64,000 nucleotides of DNA, taken from a virus. Taxonomy: Duplodnaviria; Caudoviricetes. Under the pieces are notes generated by a model, which saw nothing but the letters and a program-made list of their open reading frames with translations, searched no databases and was not told the DNA's origin. Each line of letters begins with the position of its first letter. Within the stretch, counting starts at the first letter, position 1. Below are positions 53,446 to 64,000 of the stretch, in pieces. A program made the position numbers and the translations under genes. The stretch lies in IMG/VR virus record IMGVR_UViG_3300028797_000108, positions 64,001 through 128,000 of that record. One strand, given 5' to 3'.

Positions 53446-54408
53446 ATGTTAATTAGCGGTGGACAAGTTATTGCTATTGATAAGGTGGCACATGACACTA
53501 CCTTGTCAGGTGACGGCCTATTCAATAAGCTCGGCGTCAATACATCTCTCTTGCTGACGAAGCAGGAAGCTGCTAGTTCATATCAACCTAAGGGTGACTA
53601 TGCATACCGCAGTGAACTGGCATCATACTATACAAAGTCGGAGGTCAACACGACCTTCGCTAAAATTGCGAATGTTTATAGCAAGTCGGACATTGATAAC
53701 AACTTCCAGCGTAAAGGCAATTATGCTACGGTTGCTGCCGTTCAGGCGGTTCAAAATGACTTGAACCAGGTTAAGTATGATCTTCCAAGAACATATTTGA
53801 CAAAGGTAGACGCAGCGAGCCTTTATGCCTCAAAGACGGACCTTTCAAATCAGTACACAAGAATTACGGATGAAACTGACAATAAGTTGCAGATCATGCG
53901 TGAAGAAGAAGCTGATTTGAGACATCTAACTGAAGAACACATTTCTGATGAAACTCGTCACTTGGTTGAAGAGTCATGGAATTTCATTAATCAGTTGTCG
54001 GCGGCAGGCATAGATCATATCGTCACTACGGTTGGTCTTGACGAACTAGACAACAATACATTGTATGGCGTCTTTAACATCGGTCCGGGTCAATGGGAAT
54101 GGCGCGAAATTGCCGGTGGTGGCCAAGGCATTATGGGCATTGACGCTGACCGCCCATTAAATGCAGTTAGAACAGATGATACATATCGCATTTACATGGA
54201 CTTCAGCGCGGTTGATGTTATTGACCGAGCAAAGGCTTTGGTCGAGAATACAAATGTCGGCGCAAGCGGTATATTCATTGATACTCCTGAACCGAAGGTG
54301 ACACGATTCTATTCTGACCGAACAAAGGTAATCTTTACCGACGCCGAACCAACAACGGCAGTGAATGAAATCTATATGATGACTATGACAGCGGATTTGT
54401 TGGAATAA
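53446..54408 (+). CDS. Fibre/collar-like structural protein
   Basis: VAHDTTLSGDG, YQPKGDY, YYTKSEV repeats. Confidence 0.65.
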   Translation: MLISGGQVIAIDKVAHDTTLSGDGLFNKLGVNTSLLLTKQEAASSYQPKGDYAYRSELASYYTKSEVNTTFAKIANVYSKSDIDNNFQRKGNYATVAAVQAVQNDLNQVKYDLPRTYLTKVDAASLYASKTDLSNQYTRITDETDNKLQIMREEEADLRHLTEEHISDETRHLVEESWNFINQLSAAGIDHIVTTVGLDELDNNTLYGVFNIGPGQWEWREIAGGGQGIMGIDADRPLNAVRTDDTYRIYMDFSAVDVIDRAKALVENTNVGASGIFIDTPEPKVTRFYSDRTKVIFTDAEPTTAVNEIYMMTMTADLLE

Positions 54409-54428
54409 ATACACAAAGGGAATAGGAA

Positions 54429-56753
54429 ATGGCAAATAAAGAAGTATTTTATCAGGTCGTAAGCGGTGACAAGATCCTACCCGTGTATGATGTTGATGCT
54501 CATAATCGCATCGCCGCAGAAGGTCAAGCACTCGAAGGCCTATCTGGCGAGTTCAAGACATTCTCCGGAGCTATCTCTGGTAAGGTCTCAGGACTAAGTG
54601 GCGAGTTCAAAGATTTCGTAACCCAAACAAATCAGGAGTTCATTAACACATCTTCGTGGGCAAATGAAACATTTCAGCCGACAGGTGATTATGTTTCAGC
54701 GTCAGATTTCTCAGCCTTCCAACAGCAGGTTGAAGATGCTCTAGATACGAAAGTTGACAAATCTACTTATAATGATTTTGTTGAAGAGGCTAGAGCGTGG
54801 GATAATGAATTTTATACAGCCGGTGCTGACATTGAAATTTCAGGGCATGAAATTTCAGTTAAAAGTGATTTTGTAAGATTACCCTACTTACAAGCAAATT
54901 ATTATGACAAAGACACCGTTGATGAAAAGATAGCAAATTTCGGCGGGTTCCAAAAGGCGTCACCGACTGGCGCTGATAATCATCCTGATGTCAGCGAACC
55001 TCGCACAAATATCATTTATCTTGTAAAGGTCGGCACATCTGAAAAGGATCCTTACTACGAATGGATTTATGATGCCGTAAACGGATGGGAGTGTATTGGC
55101 GAAATGTCAGTGCCGCTTGCTGACTATTACACAAAGATTGAAGCCGATGCAAGGTTCCAACCTATTGGCGATTATGTTTCAGCAAGTGACCTCAACAATT
55201 ATTACACGGTACCTGAAGTAAATGATATTGTCAGTGACCTTGAAGACCGTGTTGAGTCTGCTTATGGTGACTTGTTTAACACAACGCTCAAGGCCGGCAC
55301 AAAGATCACAATAACAACAGCAGCTGGTGCTAAGCCGGATGATATTGAATACACAATCAATGCTGATGCACCTGATATTCCTACGCTTGAAGGCGAAAGC
55401 GGTATCAGCGCACAATACATCACTGCACAAAATAAGTGGAAGGTAGGTCTTGAAAGATTTGATGACGCTGGCTTTGCCAAGTTCTCAACATCAGCAAACA
55501 CATTTGCGACAAGCGCTAAGCTTATTGGCTATCATCAAGATCTTAACTTAAACGAAAACAAGATATCACTTGTTGAAGACAAAATCATTATGCAGCCTGG
55601 CTTGTATCACGTTGACATGCAGATCACGCTGTCAACTACTGGTGCTGAAAATGCTTATTATGAAACTATCATCAGATCATTGGCAGGATCTTGCTCAGAC
55701 ACCAAGATCATTGATGCATCATTCCAGCATAGTGAAACCGTTGACCTATCTTATGACATTAAGATTGCCAATGATGATACTCCACTTGAAACAACCATTG
55801 AAGGTTTCCAGGTTGGTGGTACCGCTACAGTTAATAACTTGAACATCCATGAAATTTTGCAGATGCCTTCTAAGATTAACGGAGGCGGCGGCAATTATGT
55901 GGCTGGTGATGGTATTAACATTATCAATGACACGGTTTCAGTTAAGATAGGCGACGGTCTTTGGGTTCCGGCATCATCAAACAATTTGGAAGTTAAGCTC
56001 GGCAAGGGTTTGACATTCTCAAGCGACGGCGGCATTAACGCATTGACGATTGACAATAAGGTTGAAGATGTTGTGGACACAGTTGAAAAATTGTCAGAAG
56101 ACCTTGACACAAAGGTGACGGTTAACATGCCAGTTGCTTCAATTACCGACGTGTTCCATTCAGAGTACTGGCAAAACATTGACCAAGGTCAAGATGACGA
56201 AGGCTTGTATATTGCTCAGCTATTCTCAGTGCCTATCAACAATAAACTTTATGTTAGCGCGGCTGACGCAGAAATGATTACGAACATCGCAATTTATTCA
56301 CATCAGGCATTCAGCAATTCAGATGTTATTTTCGGATTGCTTGAATTTGACTTTGATGGCAACGGCGGAACTGGTGATACGAACTGGGTAGCCGATACTG
56401 GTCCTGTTAGTTGGAACGCCGCTGGTAGACATGAATTCCCGCTAATTCATATGCATCCTGACCGTGCTGAACTTCAGGCTAACAAGATGTATTATGCAGT
56501 CGCTTGCGTTAAGAAAGGCTCTAGAAACAATTTGTGGCTGGCTGGAACAACAGGCTATTCACAAGCATTTAACAGTGACCCACGCATTGCATTTGGTTTT
56601 GGTAACTGCACTACTGGCACTGGTGAGAACGCATTGAGATTTGACACATCGGCTGGTACGATTAGAAACGTTTCACGTTCTTATAATGAAACATGCCACT
56701 CTAACCCAAGATTCTTTATGCAAATAAGAAACAAGAAGGTACCGAAGGCTTAA
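54429..56753 (+). CDS. Tail-fibre-like protein
   Basis: FQPxGDYVSASD x2, YYTK.E.D, YVAGDGINI, VKxGxGL repeats. Confidence 0.7.
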   Translation: MANKEVFYQVVSGDKILPVYDVDAHNRIAAEGQALEGLSGEFKTFSGAISGKVSGLSGEFKDFVTQTNQEFINTSSWANETFQPTGDYVSASDFSAFQQQVEDALDTKVDKSTYNDFVEEARAWDNEFYTAGADIEISGHEISVKSDFVRLPYLQANYYDKDTVDEKIANFGGFQKASPTGADNHPDVSEPRTNIIYLVKVGTSEKDPYYEWIYDAVNGWECIGEMSVPLADYYTKIEADARFQPIGDYVSASDLNNYYTVPEVNDIVSDLEDRVESAYGDLFNTTLKAGTKITITTAAGAKPDDIEYTINADAPDIPTLEGESGISAQYITAQNKWKVGLERFDDAGFAKFSTSANTFATSAKLIGYHQDLNLNENKISLVEDKIIMQPGLYHVDMQITLSTTGAENAYYETIIRSLAGSCSDTKIIDASFQHSETVDLSYDIKIANDDTPLETTIEGFQVGGTATVNNLNIHEILQMPSKINGGGGNYVAGDGINIINDTVSVKIGDGLWVPASSNNLEVKLGKGLTFSSDGGINALTIDNKVEDVVDTVEKLSEDLDTKVTVNMPVASITDVFHSEYWQNIDQGQDDEGLYIAQLFSVPINNKLYVSAADAEMITNIAIYSHQAFSNSDVIFGLLEFDFDGNGGTGDTNWVADTGPVSWNAAGRHEFPLIHMHPDRAELQANKMYYAVACVKKGSRNNLWLAGTTGYSQAFNSDPRIAFGFGNCTTGTGENALRFDTSAGTIRNVSRSYNETCHSNPRFFMQIRNKKVPKA

Positions 56754-56754
56754 T

Positions 56755-57075
56755 ATGTTAAGAAATTATAACAGATTATATTTGAACAAGCAAACCGATC
56801 ATGAGGCAAGCAAAGTCATTTATGATTCTCACGGCGTCACTGGTCTAGAATGGAACCAATACATCGGACGAATCATCATTAATGATTTCATCAAGCAGCT
56901 TGATGACCATGTTGGTACTGAATTTGCGCCTTACATGGGCGTGCTGCCTTTCATTGAGTATGGAATGTTTCAGTCAGCGATAGGCGTCATACAGCAGATT
57001 GAAATCCCTGGTTTGGAACGCCAGAAAGCTTGGCTGCTTGAAGCGTTGAAGGAAGGTGAGGACCGTTATGAGTAA
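56755..57075 (+). CDS. Small protein, possible fibre assembly chaperone
   Basis: Position between fibre genes. Confidence 0.55.
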   Translation: MLRNYNRLYLNKQTDHEASKVIYDSHGVTGLEWNQYIGRIIINDFIKQLDDHVGTEFAPYMGVLPFIEYGMFQSAIGVIQQIEIPGLERQKAWLLEALKEGEDRYE

Positions 57076-58693
57076 GTTAAATAAAATTATTACCAATCTT
57101 CCGGTTTCATTGACAACGGAAGAAAATGAAGCGCTTAGCCAAACCTTCTCAGCCGTAACTGCTGCTGGAGGTGGTGGCGGCGGACAAAGCATTCGTTATG
57201 CTGGTGACGGCACTACTATTGTGTTGAACACAACGCAGAATACTTTCAGCTTGCATCAAGACTACATTAACGCAGTTCAGGGAATACCTACGAAAGTTAC
57301 TGATCTTACTGACTCAGCGAATTATGAACTTACATCACATGCATCATCAACATATTTGACAAAGGCAAGCGCCGATAATGATTATGGCGCTAAGGCTGAT
57401 GTTACTGCGCTTAAGGAAGCATCGGCCGGTTGGGATAAAGGTGCTGCACTTACTGCATATAGTGCGAATGGTAAATGGCTTATTGCTGATGATATTACTG
57501 GAAAACAAGATACGCTTACATTTGGATATAATGGTTCTAAGATTAGTGCCATCAATGAAACAGCCATTGACCAACCTGATGTCAGCAACTTCTTAACAAA
57601 AGAAATTGCAGACACTTATTATCAGCCGACTGGAAATTATCAGCCCGCCGGTGCTTATGCAACAAGCAGCACTATTGCTGGTGACAGCGTGTATGGATTG
57701 ACTACCGCTGGATGGCAAATTGTTGAAGGCGGCGGAGGCGGAGGCGGCGGAATGATTGCCGTCACGCATGATGATACACTAAGTGGCGACGGAACAGACG
57801 CAGCACACAAGCTAGGTGTTGTTTGGTCAACATTAAGTGCAGGCACAGTAAATTCTGCATTAAGCGCAGGAAGCGCAGCGAAGGCAGCATTATTGGGTAC
57901 ATCAAGCTTGGCTGATATTACAGCTGCCATCAATTTGAAAGCTGATGCAACTGATATTTCTGATATGTTAACCAAGACGCTTGCTGCGTCATTATATCAG
58001 GCAAAAACTGATATGACTGCATATCAAACAACGGCTGGTATGACAGCATATCAGACAACAGCTAGCATGTCAGATTACTGGAAGAAAACTGAAACAAGTA
58101 GTGATGCACAGATTTCGGCAGCTTTAGCTGCTAAGCAAGAAACATTGACATTCAATTTTGCTGATGCTAGCACTACACAAATATCAGGCATAAACGGATA
58201 TGACTTTGTTATTCCTTCTTTGCCGCACATCACAGTTATTCCTGGTACATATATTTCTGCCTCTGAAGGCACTGGTAGCGATGCTGGTAAATGGACAGTT
58301 GGAGTAAATGCTACTGCTAAAAACTACATAGACGCAATACCAAATAAAGTTACCAAGCCTGATGTTGCTGATAAGAACTTTATTTACACAACGTCTGGAA
58401 GCACTTCGGGATGGACTGATGCTGATGCGATTTATGCAACAACGGCAGCGGTTGATGCTAAGCTAAGTAAGGCTGACATTAGCATTACAGGCGCTGATAA
58501 CGTTTTGAGAATAAAAGAAGCCGCAAATACATCGGCTACATTCTCAGCTGTTTCATGGTATGCTAATACCGCGGTCAATGCATTTAAGGCACAGAAGATA
58601 TTTGTCGTTCGTAATGACGATGATATTATGGCTCATGCCCAATTTGCGAATAACCAAGGTTGCCTGTTCTTTGTTGTGTCAGGTCACTCGTAA
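57068..58693 (+). CDS. Tail-fibre-like protein
   Basis: VTHDDTLSGDG, KQDTLTF x2, MTAYQTTA repeats, poly-Gly hinges. Confidence 0.7.
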   Translation: MSKLNKIITNLPVSLTTEENEALSQTFSAVTAAGGGGGGQSIRYAGDGTTIVLNTTQNTFSLHQDYINAVQGIPTKVTDLTDSANYELTSHASSTYLTKASADNDYGAKADVTALKEASAGWDKGAALTAYSANGKWLIADDITGKQDTLTFGYNGSKISAINETAIDQPDVSNFLTKEIADTYYQPTGNYQPAGAYATSSTIAGDSVYGLTTAGWQIVEGGGGGGGGMIAVTHDDTLSGDGTDAAHKLGVVWSTLSAGTVNSALSAGSAAKAALLGTSSLADITAAINLKADATDISDMLTKTLAASLYQAKTDMTAYQTTAGMTAYQTTASMSDYWKKTETSSDAQISAALAAKQETLTFNFADASTTQISGINGYDFVIPSLPHITVIPGTYISASEGTGSDAGKWTVGVNATAKNYIDAIPNKVTKPDVADKNFIYTTSGSTSGWTDADAIYATTAAVDAKLSKADISITGADNVLRIKEAANTSATFSAVSWYANTAVNAFKAQKIFVVRNDDDIMAHAQFANNQGCLFFVVSGHS

Positions 58694-58711
58694 ATAATCT
58701 GAGGACTATTT

Positions 58712-60352
58712 ATGGCTTGGAAAATTGATGGAAAAATTGGGTTGCTTGCATCTAATTATGAAGGCAACCCACAGCAAGATACTTACCGTATTGCATATAA
58801 AGATGCAAGCGGTAATGATTATGAAATTGAAAAGGTGTATTTTCTATCGGCTGATGACATTGCATATTTTGAGACGTTGACACAACAGGAACAACTTGCA
58901 GAACTTGCTACAGGTAAATATAATGTATGGCATCGTTATTGGGATCCTATGTATTACTTTGCACACTGTTATACTTATCAGAGCAATTCTTTACCTTCAT
59001 TTTTATTCTCACCTGAAAAATCTGGTGAACTTAAATCATTTACCGTTTATACCAAATCAGCCTGTAATGCAAAGTCACACTTGATTTTGGCAAGGTATGA
59101 TGGCGATGATATTGCTACATTAGATTATTCAAAGTTTTATGTCATTGCGAATAATAACGACTTCACAATTCGTTCATCAACGCTTTGCGATTTCAAAACA
59201 CAATATAATGAAGATGTTTATGAAACGGTCATAGAATACACAGGCTCATCGCCAATGCTGCTGAGCAAAAGCACGCATTACATGTTTGTAGCTAGGATGC
59301 GTCATGATAATGATAATAATTATGATCTTGTGTATGACGCTGACTTGTCCGCAACAGAACCTGTTGCCCGTTCGTTGCAGTATGATAACTATAACATTCA
59401 TGATAATAAAAATCAGTACTGGCGTGATGCAGTAAATGCAACTGTTGAAAACGGATTTGTAAAATTCGGCATATCGGCTGATGATCTACAGTGGGCTAAT
59501 GAAAACGAACCGTTTTCAGCGTGTTATGTTGAATGGGATCAGTATGATGATTCCACAAAAACATTATCATGGCATACATTGTGTAATTATCCGGTAGGTT
59601 CAAATAATCCTATTGATGTTAGCGATGATGTTGAATGGTATAGACTTAACAATGTCAATCCCAGAATTTCAGCTACATCAATTAAGACATCAGCATATAC
59701 TGCATTTGCTGATGATGGCATGCGCTTTGCATCAATACTTGCTTGTAATGAACACAAGTCACCTACTGCACGCGGCGGATTCCGTTATCCTTATAATGAA
59801 CCTGATGACCAAACATATTCATCATGTATAGATACATATCAGTACTATAGGATATCTGGTGAACAGTATGCATGCTTGCTGTATACGCCTACAACTGACT
59901 GTCGTCTTGTTTCTTTCTCATTCTTCAATAACTCGACTTGCGCATATAATGTTGACAACCGCGCAATAATTGAACTTAATGATGCAAAGACCCAAGGAAC
60001 GGCATACGGCGCATTAACAGAAGACCATCGCATTGAATATAAGAAATCACGAGTTATAACGATGACTGGAACAACTGAAGTAAGTAGCCAAGTTGAAATG
60101 ATTTATAAGCATTACATGGTTCCTTCGCAAACAATAAATTTGTCAGCAGGAAAAACTTATGCATTTGCTTTGTATAATGATTTCAATGATTCTAAACATG
60201 GCATAGCATATTTTAGAAAAAATGCTTCAGCAGACGAAAGACACTATAACATCATACGAAGTAATCCTTATTACCTTGGCGGATGGACAGCTACTGACTA
60301 TAATGCATACGCAATTATTACAACGGCAGCAGTTGAAGACGCACAAGCATAA
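58712..60352 (+). CDS. Structural/receptor-binding-like protein with two related beta-sandwich modules
   Basis: Internal duplication (TYQ...F.P...L.SF..., LS.GKTY.F..., N.Y). Confidence 0.55.
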   Translation: MAWKIDGKIGLLASNYEGNPQQDTYRIAYKDASGNDYEIEKVYFLSADDIAYFETLTQQEQLAELATGKYNVWHRYWDPMYYFAHCYTYQSNSLPSFLFSPEKSGELKSFTVYTKSACNAKSHLILARYDGDDIATLDYSKFYVIANNNDFTIRSSTLCDFKTQYNEDVYETVIEYTGSSPMLLSKSTHYMFVARMRHDNDNNYDLVYDADLSATEPVARSLQYDNYNIHDNKNQYWRDAVNATVENGFVKFGISADDLQWANENEPFSACYVEWDQYDDSTKTLSWHTLCNYPVGSNNPIDVSDDVEWYRLNNVNPRISATSIKTSAYTAFADDGMRFASILACNEHKSPTARGGFRYPYNEPDDQTYSSCIDTYQYYRISGEQYACLLYTPTTDCRLVSFSFFNNSTCAYNVDNRAIIELNDAKTQGTAYGALTEDHRIEYKKSRVITMTGTTEVSSQVEMIYKHYMVPSQTINLSAGKTYAFALYNDFNDSKHGIAYFRKNASADERHYNIIRSNPYYLGGWTATDYNAYAIITTAAVEDAQA

Positions 60353-60399
60353 CTAGATTATCATTTTCATGGCGGCGCTCACCGGCACCGCCTTTATAG

Positions 60400-60407
60400 T
60401 ATAAATA
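60400..60407 (+). promoter_or_regulatory. T4-type late promoter TATAAATA
   Basis: Exact consensus after a hairpin. Confidence 0.7.
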
Positions 60408-60423
60408 CAAAAAAGGGTAAGAT

Positions 60424-60873
60424 ATGCTAGTAGAAACATTTAATAAGATCGTTGATAACATCGCAGCACTGAATGAAAAAGAAGAAATTCATGTTTCTCC
60501 TCCTGATGAACAGCCGGTTGAACATGAGGAATCAACTGAATCCGCTGATCCGAGAACAGCACTTCGTGACTCTATCAAGTCTCAGGCAGAAATTGCTGAA
60601 AGCGTGATTAAGTCTATCGGAGAAGCATACGCTGACAAATGCAACCACATGACCATTATGGGCAACATGGAAGACCAGATTAAGAACTGGGAACAAACAA
60701 TGAAGGGTGCCTGTCATCAGGTTGTGCAGATGGTGAACTCAAAGAAGTTCACTGTTGATAAGCGCGTATGTAACCCACATGCATTTAATATGATTAAGGA
60801 TTGTGCTTCTCGTGATACTGACGCATTGAAGACTGCGGCTGCGGTTATCGTATTTTACAATTCTTTGGGATAA
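60424..60873 (+). CDS. Hypothetical late protein
   Basis: Late promoter. Confidence 0.7.
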   Translation: MLVETFNKIVDNIAALNEKEEIHVSPPDEQPVEHEESTESADPRTALRDSIKSQAEIAESVIKSIGEAYADKCNHMTIMGNMEDQIKNWEQTMKGACHQVVQMVNSKKFTVDKRVCNPHAFNMIKDCASRDTDALKTAAAVIVFYNSLG

Positions 60874-60883
60874 GAGGTAAGGA

Positions 60884-62575
60884 ATGGCGCTTGTTGAGCA
60901 ATTACAACCTATTGCTGGTTGGAGCCATGATACAGTTGCTGACGGCGACTGGATGCAGTCTAAGACCATCAAGCCGATTGATGCAAACATCAAGATGCTT
61001 GCAGCGGCCTGTGATGACAACGGATTAGACCAGATCCCAGCAATTTCGGCTGCGGCATTTTCAGGCGCTTCCGCATGGCAGCAAGTAAGCGCCTATGCCG
61101 ATAAATTTGATGACATGCAGGCAAGCGCTGCATCAGGCGCTTCTGCTTGGGACAAAATAAAGAACTATAACATGACGGCACTTTCTGCTAGTGCGATGTC
61201 AGGCGCATTGGCATGGAATAAGATTGGTGACCCTAGCATTGACCTTAAGGAAATACGCGGCTCAGCACAGAGCGGTTTTGCAGCATATCAAAAATTAGAA
61301 GGCTATGATCTTGCAGAAATTTCACAGTCCGCTGCTCTGGGTAAATCTGCGTATGATTACATCAGTCCGCGTGTTGGAGATTTGAATAGAGCACTTACAA
61401 CATACAATGCTGCCTACAGTGCAGGATTGTTGGGTGTATCTGCATGGAACACAGTTACATCAAATGAAGGTAAATGGAATAATGCTTACAGCGCGCTAAC
61501 ATCAAGAAGTGCGTCATGGAATGAAGGACGCATAACTGTTTGGATATACAGCGGCCTATGGAATGATGCGTCAAAATGGGTAACCGCAAATTCTGCTAAG
61601 TGGAACATTGACATTGATGTTTATAACAATAACTATCAAAAGTGGAATAATGCAACTGGTATTGTTGAAGCTGATTCGGCTAGATGGAATAGTGCAGCAA
61701 GCGTCATTGAAGGCGGCTCCGCAAAATGGAACAATGCGGTTGACACATTACGAAATTACTCTGCCGGATGGACGGCAGCTAAGAGCCAGCTTGATGCATC
61801 TGCTAAGTACTGGAACAGCGCTTATGATGTGATGAAGAATAACTCCGCAACATGGACGGCTATGTATGATGTTGTGAACCGCTCAGCAACAAACTGGAGC
61901 AACGCGGTCAACCAATTCAATACAAGCTCTTCAATTTGGACAACGACTGTCAATAACTACAACTCGAACACAGCTAAGTGGAACAGCGCAACGGCAACAC
62001 TCAGCGCTCGTTCAGGTGTATGGCTTGACACGGTTGGTACTGTTGCAGCAGGTAAGTCAAAATGGAATTCTGACTATAACACAGTTTGTGCAAACTCAGC
62101 CAAATGGAATTCTTGTGCTACAACGGTAAGTAATAACAGAGCTAAGTGGGACGCTGCTGGCACATATTTGGTTGACAAATATGTCAGTGCTTTGTCATCC
62201 ATCTATCTCACAATTACAGCTAAGTCTGGATATTGGGATTCAGCATACTCAGCATATGTATCAGCATTTGATAAGTTTGGAAACACGCTGACGATCGTTC
62301 AAAATAATGTCGGCGCATGGAATGATACCGCTGGCTGGTATAGATCTAACTCAGCAACTACGACTGCATTTACATACGCAGTCACTGCTGGTTCAGCAGC
62401 ATGGACAAATGCTGCGTCAAAGGTTGTCGCAAGTGCGAAGTATTGGGACCAAGCATACTCAGCATTGACTGGAAGCAGAGGAACTTATATTCAGGGCTGG
62501 GACATTACGGCCGCGGTCTATACAGGGTCTTATCCTTCTTCACCAAGTGCTAAAACGGTTTATTTCGTAGGTTAA
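60884..62575 (+). CDS. Fibrous coiled-coil protein with 14-residue SAxWN repeats
   Basis: NSAKWN, SARWNSA, SAKYWNSA repeated more than 20 times. Confidence 0.7.
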   Translation: MALVEQLQPIAGWSHDTVADGDWMQSKTIKPIDANIKMLAAACDDNGLDQIPAISAAAFSGASAWQQVSAYADKFDDMQASAASGASAWDKIKNYNMTALSASAMSGALAWNKIGDPSIDLKEIRGSAQSGFAAYQKLEGYDLAEISQSAALGKSAYDYISPRVGDLNRALTTYNAAYSAGLLGVSAWNTVTSNEGKWNNAYSALTSRSASWNEGRITVWIYSGLWNDASKWVTANSAKWNIDIDVYNNNYQKWNNATGIVEADSARWNSAASVIEGGSAKWNNAVDTLRNYSAGWTAAKSQLDASAKYWNSAYDVMKNNSATWTAMYDVVNRSATNWSNAVNQFNTSSSIWTTTVNNYNSNTAKWNSATATLSARSGVWLDTVGTVAAGKSKWNSDYNTVCANSAKWNSCATTVSNNRAKWDAAGTYLVDKYVSALSSIYLTITAKSGYWDSAYSAYVSAFDKFGNTLTIVQNNVGAWNDTAGWYRSNSATTTAFTYAVTAGSAAWTNAASKVVASAKYWDQAYSALTGSRGTYIQGWDITAAVYTGSYPSSPSAKTVYFVG

Positions 62576-62576
62576 T

Positions 62577-64000
62577 ATGGCGATTGAGATTACAGCTTTA
62601 GCAAACGTATCTAGGGAAACGCTAGCAGATGGTGTATGGTTTACCGACAAGATCATCGGCGTAGCGGACCAAGATCTTCAAAACATTGCTCAAGCGCTTG
62701 ATGATAATGACATTGCGAATTTACCGAATGTCATCGCTAGTGCTAAGCTAGGTGCTTCAGCATGGAACGCCGTTAAGAATCAAGACTTTGCCAAGATGTC
62801 GGCAAATGCCGTAAGTGGTGCATCTGCTTGGATGAATGTAAGCGCATTTGATTATGATGGCGTTTCACGCAGTGCTTATTCGGGTTTTAAGGCCGCAGAA
62901 AAAACATTGCCGTATGACATCACAACTATTAAAGAACAAGCCAAACTTGGTTATGTTGCATACCAAGATTGCAGTGCATATAATCTTTCAGCAATACAGA
63001 ACAGTGCTAAAAGTGCCCGCGGTGCATACAACAACATATCGGCTAACACTTCTACGATAAACAACCTCATTTCAACATGTTCTGCGTTTTCTAGCATATC
63101 AGCCTTTGGTCCAGTAACCATTTGGTATCTAAACGAAAATAGCGCCAGATGGAATGAAACAACAGCTAATCTTTCATTGTATGAAACTGCGTATGACGCA
63201 TTGCTTCCCTATGAAAAATGGAGGGAAGACCCGACTAAACGATACAATGAAATGACTGCATTCTGGAATAATGTGCAGCTTAAGTTTGGCCGCTTGCAGA
63301 CAAGCCTTGGTGAAATATCAGCTGATGCAAATAACATGCACAATGTAATAAGTGCATATTCAGCTCGTTGGAACCGTATGGACAGTGGGCAGCGCAGCGG
63401 ATATGGCGCAAGCGCTTGGAACCAGTTGCCTGGCGAGACTGCAACATTCTGGCATTTGTCATCTGTTTCAGCTAAGTCTGCTAACTGGACATGGGCACAT
63501 GACAAGACAAACCAAAGTGCTACAAAATTCACTAGCGCGGCAAACATCATTAGCACAAACAGAAATAAGTGGTTGTTGCCTTCTGCATTCAACACTTATA
63601 CAAATTTTGTGACAAGCTACCGTAAGAACTCTGAGATTTATAACCGTGCGTTCTATTCTGGTGCTTCATCTTTGTCAGCGTTGTCTGGATGGGCAGACAC
63701 CTGTAAGAGCGATGTTGATGCAAGTGCTTCAAAGTGGAATAGCATAACCGTTAATCCTGACTGGACGGCTACTTATGGAAAAGTAAATGCCAACTCAGCC
63801 AACTGGCAACGCTATTGGACAAGCGCAGATAACATGAGCAGTTGCGTCACCGTTTTCAGTTCGCATTCAGGTACACAAACTTCACCGATGTGGGAACAGA
63901 TGGCGTATGGCAAGAGCGATTGGTGGGGCAAGATTGGTTCTTGGACAGGTATAGTTGGAAGCAACTCAAGTTATTGGCTTGATCTTTCTGCAGTCCGTCG
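62577..64000 (+). CDS. Paralogue of 60884, runs off the window end (absent from ORF track)
   Basis: MAIEITALANVSRETLADGVW...SAKLGASAW; same frame still reads SNSSYWLDLSAVR at the window end. Confidence 0.75.
   Translation, partial: MAIEITALANVSRETLADGVWFTDKIIGVADQDLQNIAQALDDNDIANLPNVIASAKLGASAWNAVKNQDFAKMSANAVSGASAWMNVSAFDYDGVSRSAYSGFKAAEKTLPYDITTIKEQAKLGYVAYQDCSAYNLSAIQNSAKSARGAYNNISANTSTINNLISTCSAFSSISAFGPVTIWYLNENSARWNETTANLSLYETAYDALLPYEKWREDPTKRYNEMTAFWNNVQLKFGRLQTSLGEISADANNMHNVISAYSARWNRMDSGQRSGYGASAWNQLPGETATFWHLSSVSAKSANWTWAHDKTNQSATKFTSAANIISTNRNKWLLPSAFNTYTNFVTSYRKNSEIYNRAFYSGASSLSALSGWADTCKSDVDASASKWNSITVNPDWTATYGKVNANSANWQRYWTSADNMSSCVTVFSSHSGTQTSPMWEQMAYGKSDWWGKIGSWTGIVGSNSSYWLDLSAVR

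Overview
Segment of a large T4-like (myovirus/jumbo) phage genome using the standard genetic code. 1-15.9 kb: late/structural genes, including two fibre-like paralogues (one carrying about 25 DnaJ-type CxxCxGxG motifs), baseplate hub, gp5-like spike, tail-tube-like proteins, gp55 late sigma factor, a gp26-like protein, and the C-terminal half of the large terminase fused to the C-fragment of an atypically split intein; T4-type TATAAATA late promoters precede many of them. 16.3-40.2 kb: a + strand early block with about 15 sigma70-type promoters, several repeated upstream motifs, a MoxR AAA/VWA pair and many small ORFs. It also holds a 6.8-kb RNA array with 29 canonical tRNAs (all 20 amino acids), five tRNA-shaped RNAs lacking a normal anticodon loop, five copies of a conserved stem-ACAGCAA element carrying permuted or degenerate tRNA domains (Y-RNA/YrlA-like architecture), and several larger unexplained structured RNAs. 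41-53.4 kb: array of unknown proteins with C-terminal coiled coils plus a T4 beta-glucosyltransferase-like enzyme. 53.4-64 kb: late fibre/structural repeat proteins. All calls were made by eye; no database searches or folding programs were run.
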